A DNA stretch of 64,000 bases from Candidatus Portnoybacteria bacterium RBG_19FT_COMBO_36_7 (GCA_001819495.1 MHMW01000021.1:10706-74705); one strand, 5' to 3'. Shown: positions 9,694-18,259, numbered from the stretch's first letter. Notes: generated by a model not told the origin, from the letters alone. Program-made: numbers and translations.

Positions 9694-10332
9694 AGCCCAG
9701 GTCATCAAAGGATCACGCTGATTTGACGTCATCCCCGCCTTCCTCCCCATTGTCTGAGGCAGTCTGCTGCGACACTTGTAACGCAGCATAAGGGTTGCGC
9801 TCGTTTCCTCACTTAAGAGAACAGCTCACGCCACGAGCTGACGACAACCGTGCAATACCTGACCCATCTGTCCTTGTGAGACATCGGCTGTTTCCAGCAG
9901 ACTTCAGATGGATGTCTAGACCTGGTAAGGTTCCTCGCTTGTCGTCGAATTGAACCACATGCTCCACCGCTTGTGCAAGTCCCCGTCTATTTCTTTGAGT
10001 TTTAGCCTTGCGGCCGTACTTCCCAGGCGGCAAACTTAACGCGTTAGCTTCGCCACCTGAAGGGTCGATACTTCAAATGGCTAGTTTGCATAGTTTAGGG
10101 CGTGGACTACAAGGGTATCTAATCCTTTTTGCTCCCCACGCTTTCGTCTCTCAGGGTCAGAGTAGCGCTAGCTGAATGCCTTCGCTTTTGGTGTTCCCTA
10201 CGATATCAACGGATTTCACCCCTACACCGTAGGTTCCATCAGCCTCTCGCACTCTCTAGTTTTGACGTTTCTTGCGCGGCGTTGGAGTTGAGCCCCAACA
10301 TTTAACACAAGACTATCAAAACCCCCTACAGA

Positions 10333-10363
<31 letters not shown>

Positions 10364-10454
10364 TGGGGTACTCGTCTTACCGCTCCTGCTGGCACGAGTT
10401 TAGGAACCCCTTATTCTTAGGGTACGCTCATTACGCTCCTCGCTTTCGCTCGTC

Positions 10455-10600
10455 GCTCAAATTAAAATTTTAAAGTTAAAAGTGTGAAATCATTGTATCG
10501 CTACGCAATGATTTATATATAATCATCCCGCGAAGCGGGGCACCTTAATTTTTAACTTTTCATTTTCCATTTTTAACTTAGCTCCGAACGTAAGTGAGGA
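10455..10600 (-). repeat. Insertion (~150 nt) in the V3 hairpin of 16S, built from the genome-wide AT-rich repeat family (aaagttaaaa / aatttttaac arms) around a GC palindrome
   Basis: Flanking 16S sequence aligns to E. coli ~430-500. The inserted segment is caaattaaaattttaaagttaaaagtgtgaaatc - core with cccgcgaagcgggg - ccttaatttttaacttttcattttccatttttaactt. The arms are inverted repeats. Confidence 0.5.
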
Positions 10601-10989
10601 GCGCATTGCTCCCCTATAAAAGAGTTTTACACCCCGAAGGGCTTCTTCACTCACGCGGCGTCGCTCGATCACGCTTTCGCGCATTGTCGAAGATTCTCGA
10701 CTGCAGCCTCCCGTAGGAGTCCGGACAGTTTCTCAGTTCCGATGTTGGGGGCCGACCTCTCAGTCCCCCTACCCGTCATCGCCTTGGTGGGCCGTTACCT
10801 CACCAACTAGCTGATAGGACGCAGGCCTCTCCTGAAGCAACCCTTGCGGGTCTTTAAATGAGAATGACATAAGTCCCCTCATTACTATCTTGTATTAGTC
10901 CCGATTTCTCGGGATTATTCAAAACTTCAGGGTAAGTTACCTACGCGTTACTAACCCGTTTGCCACTACCGCTCGTGCTTCGCTATCGC

Positions 10990-11045
10990 TCATCACTCGC
11001 TCAAATTAAAAGTTTAAATTTTCATTTTTAATTTTTAACTTAAGT
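10990..11045 (-). repeat. Insertion (~55 nt) in the V1 hairpin of 16S from the same AT-rich repeat family
   Basis: caaattaaaagtttaaattttcatttttaatttttaactt lies between CAAGTCGAACG...GCACAAAC and the GAGCGGTAGTGGCAAACGGGT region. Confidence 0.4.
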
Positions 11046-11726
11046 TTGTGCTGAACATAGTGAAGCACAAACGATCGTTCGACTTGCATGCCCGTATCCA
11101 CGCCGCCAGCGTTCATCCTGAGCTAGAATCAAACTCTCATTGTAAATGTTAGAACTAAAATTGCTGAATCGATCTTCGACCGTCCCACAAAATGCGGGGC
11201 AGTAAAGCGACTCAACACCTCTAGAATCCAACAAGTTTTTTCGAGACAACTTAAAAAGATTATCTCATCTCGCCGAAGCTCCGAATGGAGCATAGGCGGA
11301 TTAGCTCAAAAAAAATCTGGTTTATCCCGTTACATCCGCCAAAAAGACGGAAGTATTTATTACATCCCTTATAGTAGGATGCAATGGGATTTATTTAACC
11401 TTACTTTTTGTCTGTATTTTGTTGTTAAAGTTCAATCAAGTTTATCCATTTATACCCTCTTTCGCCCTGCAGGCTACGGACGGGTTATTCTCTTACGAGA
11501 ATAAAAAATACAACTAGTCAGACCTCTTAACTAATATTTAATTAAGAACCCCTCAAGTTGTATTTTCTAACTAACAAACTGATAACTGACAAACTGATTT
11601 TTTTTAATGGGTTCTTCTACATAGGCGTATTTTTCCTTTCCGCCCCGCAACTGCAGGGCTCTATGCAATGTCTATTTTACTCCTCTCAGTTAGCTTGTCA
11701 AGTGCTTAAATTTTACTTATCAAAAA

Positions 11727-12011
11727 CTACGATTTTTTATTATTTCTTTTATATTTTATATAGATAATTACGACTGCAATTCCAAAAATTAATGGGACTA
11801 AAAATAGAATATCAATCATACAACTACTCGAGCAATAGCCCCAAAAACCGTATGAATACATTTCTATAAACAACAATATTATGAAAACAACTAAACCAGA
11901 TAATAATCCAAATAGAATTCCAATTAAATTTTTCATTATATAGAGTACGTCTATTACAATGCCTTTGCCACATATTCTGTCATTTCTGCCAAGCGACACG
12001 CATAACCCCAT
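11727..12011 (-). CDS. Small hydrophobic protein (2 TM helices). The probable true start is at the internal MKNLIGILFG; the listed N-terminus is an out-of-frame read of a gap 3'-end remnant
   Basis: Hydrophobic segments GILFGLLSGLVVFIILLF and ILFLVPLIFGIAVVIIYI. The first 17 codons overlap the gap-fragment copy. Confidence 0.3.
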   Translation of the reverse strand: MGLCVSLGRNDRICGKGIVIDVLYIMKNLIGILFGLLSGLVVFIILLFIEMYSYGFWGYCSSSCMIDILFLVPLIFGIAVVIIYIKYKRNNKKS

Positions 12012-12030
12012 TCATTATCATACCAAGCCA
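11954..12030 (-). other. Degenerate duplicate (copy C) of the gap gene 3' end, encoding LAWYDNEWGYACRLAEMTEYVAKAL*
   Basis: Reverse complement ttggcttggtatgataatgaatggggttatgcgtgtcgcttggcagaaatg... matches the real gap C-terminus (WYDNEWGYACRLAEMTDFVANSF*) at protein level, with many synonymous differences. Confidence 0.55.
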
Positions 12031-12037
12031 AAATATA

Positions 12038-12331
12038 TTATTTATGCCGCACGCCGACTTTCTTTTCCAAAACATCAACACGTTTTTGTAATTCAACCAG
12101 CTCAAAACGATACGCGACGTTATGTAATCGCAACATAATTGCTTCGTGCTCACGCGCATTCGTTTCTCCTATGCTCTTTATTTCTTTTTTCAATCCTTTC
12201 TCTATTCCTTCAATTTTCTCTCCCGTTTCATCAAAACCGTTTTTAACCATAACGGCCAAATCATTCATTGTAATTTTCTTATTCGCTTTTTTCATGCCTT
12301 TATTATATTTATTGTCAAATTTTTGAGACAT
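12038..12331 (-). CDS. Hypothetical coiled-coil protein (~97 aa). Its start codon lies inside gap-fragment copy B
   Basis: MSQKFDNKYNKGMKKANKK ... AIMLRLHNVAYRFELVELQKRVDVLEKKV. No recognisable family. Confidence 0.35.
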   Translation of the reverse strand: MSQKFDNKYNKGMKKANKKITMNDLAVMVKNGFDETGEKIEGIEKGLKKEIKSIGETNAREHEAIMLRLHNVAYRFELVELQKRVDVLEKKVGVRHK

Positions 12332-12380
12332 ACTCCGCCATTTCAGCCAGCCGACACGCGTAGCCCACATTCGTATCGCT
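12315..12380 (-). other. Degenerate duplicate (copy B) of the gap 3' end, encoding ...DTNVGYACRLAEMAEYVSKI*
   Basis: ggctacgcgtgtcggctggctgaaatggcggagtatgtctcaaaaatttga; GYACRLAEM is conserved with different codons. It is preceded by two hairpins (gagcacat..atgtgctc; caagaaacc..ggtttcttg). Confidence 0.5.
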
Positions 12381-12535
12381 CCTCACGGCAGAGCTCCCAA
12401 GAAACCATCGGTTTCTTGCGCTCCCGAGCACATAAAACGTCATGTGCTCGGTCGCTGATTTCCTCCGCGGGGAAACACCCAGTTTCCTCATCCCCCTTCT
12501 GATGAATGGGGCCCGGCTGAAAGGACTTAAATTTA

Positions 12536-13546
12536 TTAGAAAGAATTAGCCACAAAGTCGGTCATCTCAGCTAATCTACACGCATAACCCCACTCATTAT
12601 CATACCAGGCCAAGACCTTGACCAAGGTTTCATCCATCACCATCGTGTAATTTGCGTCAACGATGGAAGAATAGGTATTGCCTTTGTAATCTATAGAAAC
12701 CAGAGGTGCGTCTTCGATGCCCAGAATACCATCCAGTTCCTTTGTCTGAGACATTTTTTTGAATGTCATATTTATTTCTTCAGCCGAGGTCGGGGTTTTG
12801 ACAACGCAGACAAAATCGGTAATCGAAACGACCGGTGTCGGCACTCTTAGCGAAATTCCATCCAGTTTTCCCTCAAGCTCGGGTATTGTTTTTGTGACGG
12901 CAGTAGCCGCGCCGGTGGTTGTCGGAATAATGGAAAGTGCGGCGGCACGGGCTCTTCGCAGATCCTTATGCGGCAAATCCAGAAGGCGCTGGTCGTTGGT
13001 ATAGCTGTGAGCAGTGGTCATAAAACCGTGCAAAATCTTGAATTTATCGTTCAAAACCTTGACCACCGGGGCCAGGCAATTGGTGGTACAAGATGCCATT
13101 GATATAATATCGTCTTTTTCTGAATCGTACTTTTCTTCGTTCACGCCGAGAACATATGTCTGGATTTCCCTGCTTTTTGTCGGCGCGGAAATTATCACTT
13201 TTTTGGCGCCGGCCTCAAGATGTTTTTTGGCACCTTCATATTCTGTAAAAACCCCAGAACATTCAAGCACGATATCAACGCCCATTTCTTTCCAGGGCAA
13301 GCGAGCGGGCTCTTTTTCTGCCAGTATTTTAATTTTTTTGCCGCCAATTTCCAATCCCCCGTCTTTTCCTTTAACGATTTTATCATAAACCCCATACATG
13401 GAATCATACTTTAACAAATGAGCTAAAGTTGGCGCATCGGTCAAGTCATTGATAGCCACAATTTCCAATCCAGGAAAATGGCTTAAAATTCGCTTTAATG
13501 TTGGACGCCCTATTCTCCCAAATCCATTTATAGCTATTTTGGTCAT
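12536..13546 (-). CDS. gap: Type I glyceraldehyde-3-phosphate dehydrogenase
   Basis: MTKIAINGFGRIGR, ASCTTNCLAP, WYDNEWGY. Full-length, 336 aa. Confidence 0.9.
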   Translation of the reverse strand: MTKIAINGFGRIGRPTLKRILSHFPGLEIVAINDLTDAPTLAHLLKYDSMYGVYDKIVKGKDGGLEIGGKKIKILAEKEPARLPWKEMGVDIVLECSGVFTEYEGAKKHLEAGAKKVIISAPTKSREIQTYVLGVNEEKYDSEKDDIISMASCTTNCLAPVVKVLNDKFKILHGFMTTAHSYTNDQRLLDLPHKDLRRARAAALSIIPTTTGAATAVTKTIPELEGKLDGISLRVPTPVVSITDFVCVVKTPTSAEEINMTFKKMSQTKELDGILGIEDAPLVSIDYKGNTYSSIVDANYTMVMDETLVKVLAWYDNEWGYACRLAEMTDFVANSF

Positions 13547-13659
13547 ATCTTTTTGGCCGGACTACTTGCCCCGTACAGAGCCGCCAGGAGGCGGATCTGG
13601 TTCGGGGTGCGGCCGAAACCGTTAATGGCAATTTTAGGCATAAGTGTCTATTTACTATT

Positions 13660-13893
13660 TTAACACTCTAGTTTTAGCAATTGACAGATTTTTTCCTTGT
13701 CAAAACCAATGACAATTTCTCCGTCAATATCCGAAACCGGCACCCCCATCTGCCCAGATTTTTCTATCATTTCTTCCGCTGCTTTGCTGTCGCTGCTCAC
13801 GTCAATATCATTAAATTCAATCCCTTTTTCTTTCAAAAAAGCTTTAAGAGTATGACAATAAGGACACGTTGGTGTTGAATAAATTTTGATCAT
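13660..13893 (-). CDS. Glutaredoxin-like (NrdH/YruB-type) thioredoxin-fold protein
   Basis: MIKIYSTPTCPYCHTLKAFLKEKGIEFNDIDV ... GVPV..IDGEIVIGFD. CPYC active site. Confidence 0.65.
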   Translation of the reverse strand: MIKIYSTPTCPYCHTLKAFLKEKGIEFNDIDVSSDSKAAEEMIEKSGQMGVPVSDIDGEIVIGFDKEKICQLLKLEC

Positions 13894-13919
13894 TTTTAAC
13901 GCGACTCTAATATCCGAAT

Positions 13920-13985
13920 ACATCCGAATTACTCTAATTTTATTCGTGTCATTCGGGTGTCAATTCGTGTCATTCGTGTCGCTAT
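13920..13985. repeat. Tandem decamer repeats (cattcgtgtc / cattcgggtg) with a catccgaatta motif, immediately upstream of the glutaredoxin gene. The same family occurs at 53125-53225
   Basis: catccgaattactctaattttattcgtgtcattcgggtgtcaattcgtgtcattcgtgtcgc. Confidence 0.5.
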
Positions 13986-14935
13986 TATCTATTCTTTAAA
14001 TAATTGTATGCAGAAAGGGCGGATTTTGCGCCTTCGCCAGCGGAAATTATTATCTGTTTTTCCAATATATCCGTCACGTCACCGGCCGCAAAGATCCCCG
14101 GCACGGATGTAACACAACTATTATGATCAACGATAATCTCTCCTTTCTCGTTACATCTGAGCAATCCCTTAACAAACGAAGACGCGGGCGTTGAACCGAT
14201 TTCAACGAAAATTCCGTTGACCTCTATCTGTTTTTCTTCTTTGGACCTGAAATTCCGATAAACAAGAGCTGTGACGAATTTATCTCCCAGTATTTTAATC
14301 AGCTCTACCTCTGATAAAGTTTGAACTTTCGGCTCTTTTTTTAATTTTTCCTGCAGATTTTTATCATCACCTCTTAGCTCATTATACCGATTTAAAAGAT
14401 AAATTTTTGAAGCGTATTTCGTCAACTGCCAGACAGTATCCTGCCCGGAATCTCCCGCTCCAATTACTGCCACTATTTTATCACGAAAAAGAGGCGCATC
14501 ACAAGTTGCACAATAAGTGATGCCTTTACCCTCAAATTCTTTAGTACCAGGCACTTCTAATTTTCGTTCGGCACGGCCGGTCGCGATAATAATTGACTTT
14601 GTTATATAAATTCTTCTGTCTGAACAGACCTCAAATTCTCCGCTGTCTGGCGCCATTTTTATGTTTTTTACTTCTTCTCCTTCTTTTATTTCCAAATCAA
14701 AAATTCCCTGGCCTGAGTTTTTTTCAAATTTTTTTAAATGCTCGGCAAATTTTTTGGTCAAATCAGCTCCCATAAGGCCGGGCACGCCCAGATAATTTTC
14801 AATTTGATAACCTTCCATCATCTGGCCGCCCAAGATTTTGGCAACAAGCAAAGTTTTTATCTTTTTGCGGGCTGCATAAATGGCTGCTGACATCGCGCCC
14901 GGCCCGCCGCCGATAATGATTAATTCGTAATTCAT
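13985..14935 (-). CDS. trxB: Thioredoxin-disulfide reductase
   Basis: IIIGGGPGAMSAAIYAARK (FAD GxGxxG), CATCDAPLF (redox-active CxxC), VIGAGDSGQD (NADPH site), GIFAAGDV. Confidence 0.85.
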   Translation of the reverse strand: MNYELIIIGGGPGAMSAAIYAARKKIKTLLVAKILGGQMMEGYQIENYLGVPGLMGADLTKKFAEHLKKFEKNSGQGIFDLEIKEGEEVKNIKMAPDSGEFEVCSDRRIYITKSIIIATGRAERKLEVPGTKEFEGKGITYCATCDAPLFRDKIVAVIGAGDSGQDTVWQLTKYASKIYLLNRYNELRGDDKNLQEKLKKEPKVQTLSEVELIKILGDKFVTALVYRNFRSKEEKQIEVNGIFVEIGSTPASSFVKGLLRCNEKGEIIVDHNSCVTSVPGIFAAGDVTDILEKQIIISAGEGAKSALSAYNYLKNR

Positions 14936-15975
14936 AATAGAAAATCTTTTATCTGTTTTTTTATATTGCATCCTATGATTTTACAGCTTTTTTGGCATTT
15001 TTGCAATCTTTTTCTTTCCAAGCCTGCCTTCTCTCCTTGCCACACCTCTCGAACGCTAGAATTTGAAATATTGCCTAAAACATTGCTCCGGAAGCATAAG
15101 GCGACATCACCGTTTGGCCAAACGACCAGATTATTATAAGGCGCAAGACATTGCCTTTTTTTAAATGAATCAGGGTCAAGATAATATTGATAAATCAATT
15201 TTAAATAAAATGGCGGATTTTTTATAATTTTTGACCTTTGTTCGGTCAGTGGCTTCAGATATTTTATAACCTGATCTTTTTCCGGCCACAGATCGCTTTT
15301 GGTTTGCCAATTATTTTTATAATCGGCATCGATATTAAAATCAAGCGGCTGGAAGATCAAATCAAGTCCCTTTAATGAGGCGTAGCTAATAATTTCATCA
15401 ATTTCTTTGATGTTTTGCCTAGTCAGAAGCATCCCTATTTCTACGCGCGTACCTTTGCCCTGCCGCAATTCATTTAGACAATCAAGCGCCTGCTTGGTTT
15501 TTTCAAAAGTTCCTGCCAAGCCTCTTAATTCATCGTGAACCAACGGATTCAAACTATACAAAGAAATTTTGACGCTTTTTAAATTCCATTTTAATAATTC
15601 TTGCGTCGCATCCCTGTCAATCATCGTTCCGTTAGTGTTTAAGCTAACAGGTAAATTAAGCTGATTACATTTTTCTATTATTTTAAAAACTAATTCTTTT
15701 TTCAGAAGCGGCTCTCCGCCATTTATCTCTATTTCCTGTGCGCCAAGCCAGTTTTTTATATCTTCAAGCGCCCGAAGCCATTTTTCATCTTCCAGTTCCC
15801 GGCCTGAATCTTCGTTTTTCCAGATATCGCAATGGCGGCATCTTAAGTTGCATTTTTTTGTAATAACTAAACTGACATACCGCGGCCGGCTAAAAGATGT
15901 GCCAAAACCCGAGTCCGATGCATTTGTTAAATATCTGATTGCTGATTTTAATTTCATGCTATTTTTCTCCTTCAA
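14932..15975 (-). CDS. Radical SAM enzyme with a C-terminal SPASM/twitch-like cysteine cluster
   Basis: VITKKCNLRCRHCDIW (CX3CX2C) ... GGEPLL ... C-terminal C..17..C, CQKSCKIIGC. It overlaps the upstream hypA-like gene by 17 nt and trxB by 4 nt. Confidence 0.7.
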   Translation of the reverse strand: MKEKNSMKLKSAIRYLTNASDSGFGTSFSRPRYVSLVITKKCNLRCRHCDIWKNEDSGRELEDEKWLRALEDIKNWLGAQEIEINGGEPLLKKELVFKIIEKCNQLNLPVSLNTNGTMIDRDATQELLKWNLKSVKISLYSLNPLVHDELRGLAGTFEKTKQALDCLNELRQGKGTRVEIGMLLTRQNIKEIDEIISYASLKGLDLIFQPLDFNIDADYKNNWQTKSDLWPEKDQVIKYLKPLTEQRSKIIKNPPFYLKLIYQYYLDPDSFKKRQCLAPYNNLVVWPNGDVALCFRSNVLGNISNSSVREVWQGEKAGLERKRLQKCQKSCKIIGCNIKKQIKDFLL

Positions 15976-16201
15976 TTTCCTTCAGTTTCCAAGCGCTACC
16001 CTTAATCCGGTGAATTTTAACCTTGATATTTGGCATCAATAAATTAATATTGTATTTCAAATTTTTGGGAGATACGCTTTCGCCGTGCTCAATAATATTG
16101 CCAAGTTCCACCACTATCTCCTTAATTTTTGAAAGCCCGTTTTGGCGGGCCTCCTCTTGAGCTACCTTGACTATTTCGTTGGCCAAATGAAAATCATGCA
16201 T
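15959..16201 (-). CDS. hypA: HypA-like hydrogenase nickel-incorporation protein, truncated (80 aa). It keeps the N-terminal MH(D/E) Ni-binding motif but lacks the CxxC...CxxC zinc finger
   Basis: MHDFHLANEIVKVAQEEARQNGLSKIKEIVVELGNI aligns with the HypA N-terminal domain. ...GSAWKLKEI aligns with the segment that normally follows the first CxxC. Confidence 0.5.
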   Translation of the reverse strand: MHDFHLANEIVKVAQEEARQNGLSKIKEIVVELGNIIEHGESVSPKNLKYNINLLMPNIKVKIHRIKGSAWKLKEIEGEK

Positions 16202-16202
16202 G

Positions 16203-17474
16203 TTAGTGTGTAGCGCAGGTCAGACAGGGGTCATAGGCCCGAATAAGCATTTTTATCAGGTCTTCACATTCTTCCTTGCATAAAGCTTTACCCCCATTGG
16301 TCAGCTGCGGAAGATAAGAAATCATATCCTCTTCCAGGCGCGCCAGGTTCTGGGCGGTCGGAGTAATAATATTGACGTTTTTTATCAAACCGTCTTCGCC
16401 GACCTCATAGTAATAAAAAAGTGTGCCGCGCGGCGCCTCTATCGCGCCAAAACCTTTACCAGCCTTGGGCTCAAAAGGATGGGACTGGACTGATTCAAAA
16501 TCAATATCTCGGGCTTTTTCCAAAAACAGTTGGGTTTCTTCCACGCAATCAACCATTTCAATCGCCTGGGCCAGAATGTTATAAAAAGGATTACCAATCG
16601 GCAGGATTAAATCCGTTTCCCGAAACAAGGATTTGGCCTTGGGGTTTAAATACTTTGCATTCAGATTCAGCCTAGCCAGAGCCCCTACCATAAATGGCTT
16701 TCCTTTAAATTCGGAACGTTTTGCCGCCGGATTTTCTTTAACCTGAAATTCCTGGATTTGAGGCATAAATTCACCAACCGGTTCTGTTTCTTTCTGCCTC
16801 TTGACCAAGCCATCATAAATCGCGTATTCGTCCGGCAGGCTCAAAGCGACAAAATCACACTCCCTATTAAATAAAGGATATTTAAGCGAACTGAAAAATT
16901 TTGCCAAAGAAACAGCGGAAGCCAAAGCCTTAACGCTCGCTTTTTCAATTTCTTTCAATTTTTCTTTGTCTGGCGCTTTTGTGAATCCGCCGACAATCGG
17001 CGTTAAAGGATGAATGCTTCTGCCGCCGATGATCTCAATTGTCTTGTTGCCAAAATCTCGCAGGACCAGCGCGTCGGCCGCCCGGCCCGGATATTTTTTT
17101 ATCAGCGCCAGATCATTTTTAATCCCGAAAAAATCGGAAAGTGAAAAGAAAAAAAGGTGCAAGGCATGACTGTTTAAAATCTGCCCCATCATCATCAGCC
17201 GCCTGAGCAAAATCGTCTGCTCGGAAGGAAAAATACCCAAAGCCGCTTCCAGTGCCTTTAAACTCGTCAAATTATGGACCACCGGACAGACCCCGCAGAT
17301 GCGGGAAGTGATTTGGGAAACTTCGTTATGGCTGCGGCCTTGTAAAATTCCTTCCAGCAACCTGGCTCCTTCATATAAATTCAGCCTGGCTTTGACAACA
17401 TTACCGTCAACTATATCGGCGACAAATCCGGCATGCCCCTCAATTTTTGCGATATGGTCTATTTTAATCTTCAT
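16203..17474 (-). CDS. [NiFe]-hydrogenase large (alpha) subunit, short group-3b/sulfhydrogenase type
   Basis: N-terminal RICGVCPVVH (L1 motif) and C-terminal DPCLTCATH (L2 motif). 423 aa. Confidence 0.85.
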   Translation of the reverse strand: MKIKIDHIAKIEGHAGFVADIVDGNVVKARLNLYEGARLLEGILQGRSHNEVSQITSRICGVCPVVHNLTSLKALEAALGIFPSEQTILLRRLMMMGQILNSHALHLFFFSLSDFFGIKNDLALIKKYPGRAADALVLRDFGNKTIEIIGGRSIHPLTPIVGGFTKAPDKEKLKEIEKASVKALASAVSLAKFFSSLKYPLFNRECDFVALSLPDEYAIYDGLVKRQKETEPVGEFMPQIQEFQVKENPAAKRSEFKGKPFMVGALARLNLNAKYLNPKAKSLFRETDLILPIGNPFYNILAQAIEMVDCVEETQLFLEKARDIDFESVQSHPFEPKAGKGFGAIEAPRGTLFYYYEVGEDGLIKNVNIITPTAQNLARLEEDMISYLPQLTNGGKALCKEECEDLIKMLIRAYDPCLTCATH

Positions 17475-18259
17475 TTTTTTATAATTTTATTTTTTGGTAT
17501 TACCGGTGGCGACGGGTACATATCGTCCAGCATACCAAATCTCTGCATAATCAAATCTATTTCCTGCTGCGAAAATCCGTAAACTTCTTTTAATTTATTA
17601 TTGAAATTATTGATGGCAGCGCCCTTAAGCGGGCCTCGGCAGCCGTCGCACGGATACGCAGAAGAAGGGCAGGGCGCGCCGCAGCCGCCCAAAATCATGG
17701 GCCCGAGGCATGGCTCGCCTTTTTGCAGAAGACATTCGTTTCGTTTCAGTTGGCATTCATAGCAGACCGGCCTTTGCGGAATTTTTGGAATAACGCCGGC
17801 TATCAACTCCTTTGCCGCCCACAAAAATTCTTCTTTGTTGATGGGACAGCCCGGAATTTCCAAATCCACTTTAACGTAATATCTGACCGGCCTGATATCC
17901 GGATTGGCAATGCCTTCAAAGTTTTTATAAACATAGCGCAGGCGCTGTTCTTTGTTCTGGTAATTTTTAAGCTCGGCGATACCGCCCAAACAAGCACAGG
18001 CACCAATCGTTACAAGAAGCTTCGTTCGCGCGCGCAGATCCTTGACCCTGGCCACATTCTGAGAGGTAATCGGTGTTCCTTCGACAAAAACCACATCGTA
18101 ATTTTCCGGCTCTGCCCGATCTTCTATCAGCGCAAAATCACCTATTTTTATCTTTTCGGTCAGCTCCAGCAATCTCTCTCCCAAATCTAAAATCGCCACC
18201 TGGCAGCCTTCGCAGCAGGTCAAAGAAACAATCGCGATACTCGGCTTTTTGTTAGACAT
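17471..18259 (-). CDS. [NiFe]-hydrogenase small (delta) subunit with C-terminal Fe-S cysteine clusters
   Basis: IAIVSLTCCEGCQVAILD ... GACACLGG ... CYECQLKRNECLLQKGEPCLGP..GGCGAPCPSSAYPCDGC. Confidence 0.75.
   Translation of the reverse strand: MSNKKPSIAIVSLTCCEGCQVAILDLGERLLELTEKIKIGDFALIEDRAEPENYDVVFVEGTPITSQNVARVKDLRARTKLLVTIGACACLGGIAELKNYQNKEQRLRYVYKNFEGIANPDIRPVRYYVKVDLEIPGCPINKEEFLWAAKELIAGVIPKIPQRPVCYECQLKRNECLLQKGEPCLGPMILGGCGAPCPSSAYPCDGCRGPLKGAAINNFNNKLKEVYGFSQQEIDLIMQRFGMLDDMYPSPPVIPKNKIIKK

Noticed and set aside
12343-12555. 70-aa ORF MWLILSNKFKSF...EERYECGLRVSAG between gap and the first gap-fragment copy
   Set aside because: It overlaps the gap stop and reads through two terminator-like hairpins and the gap-fragment copy in a different frame. 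More likely non-coding.
17723-18190. Long antisense ORFs inside well-supported genes (for example 17723..18190, 44239..44877, 51871..52356, 39055..39432, 53405..53923)
   Set aside because: They lie opposite the hydrogenase small subunit, ftsH, rny, gyrA and tig respectively. They have no motifs and no start signals; they are shadow ORFs.
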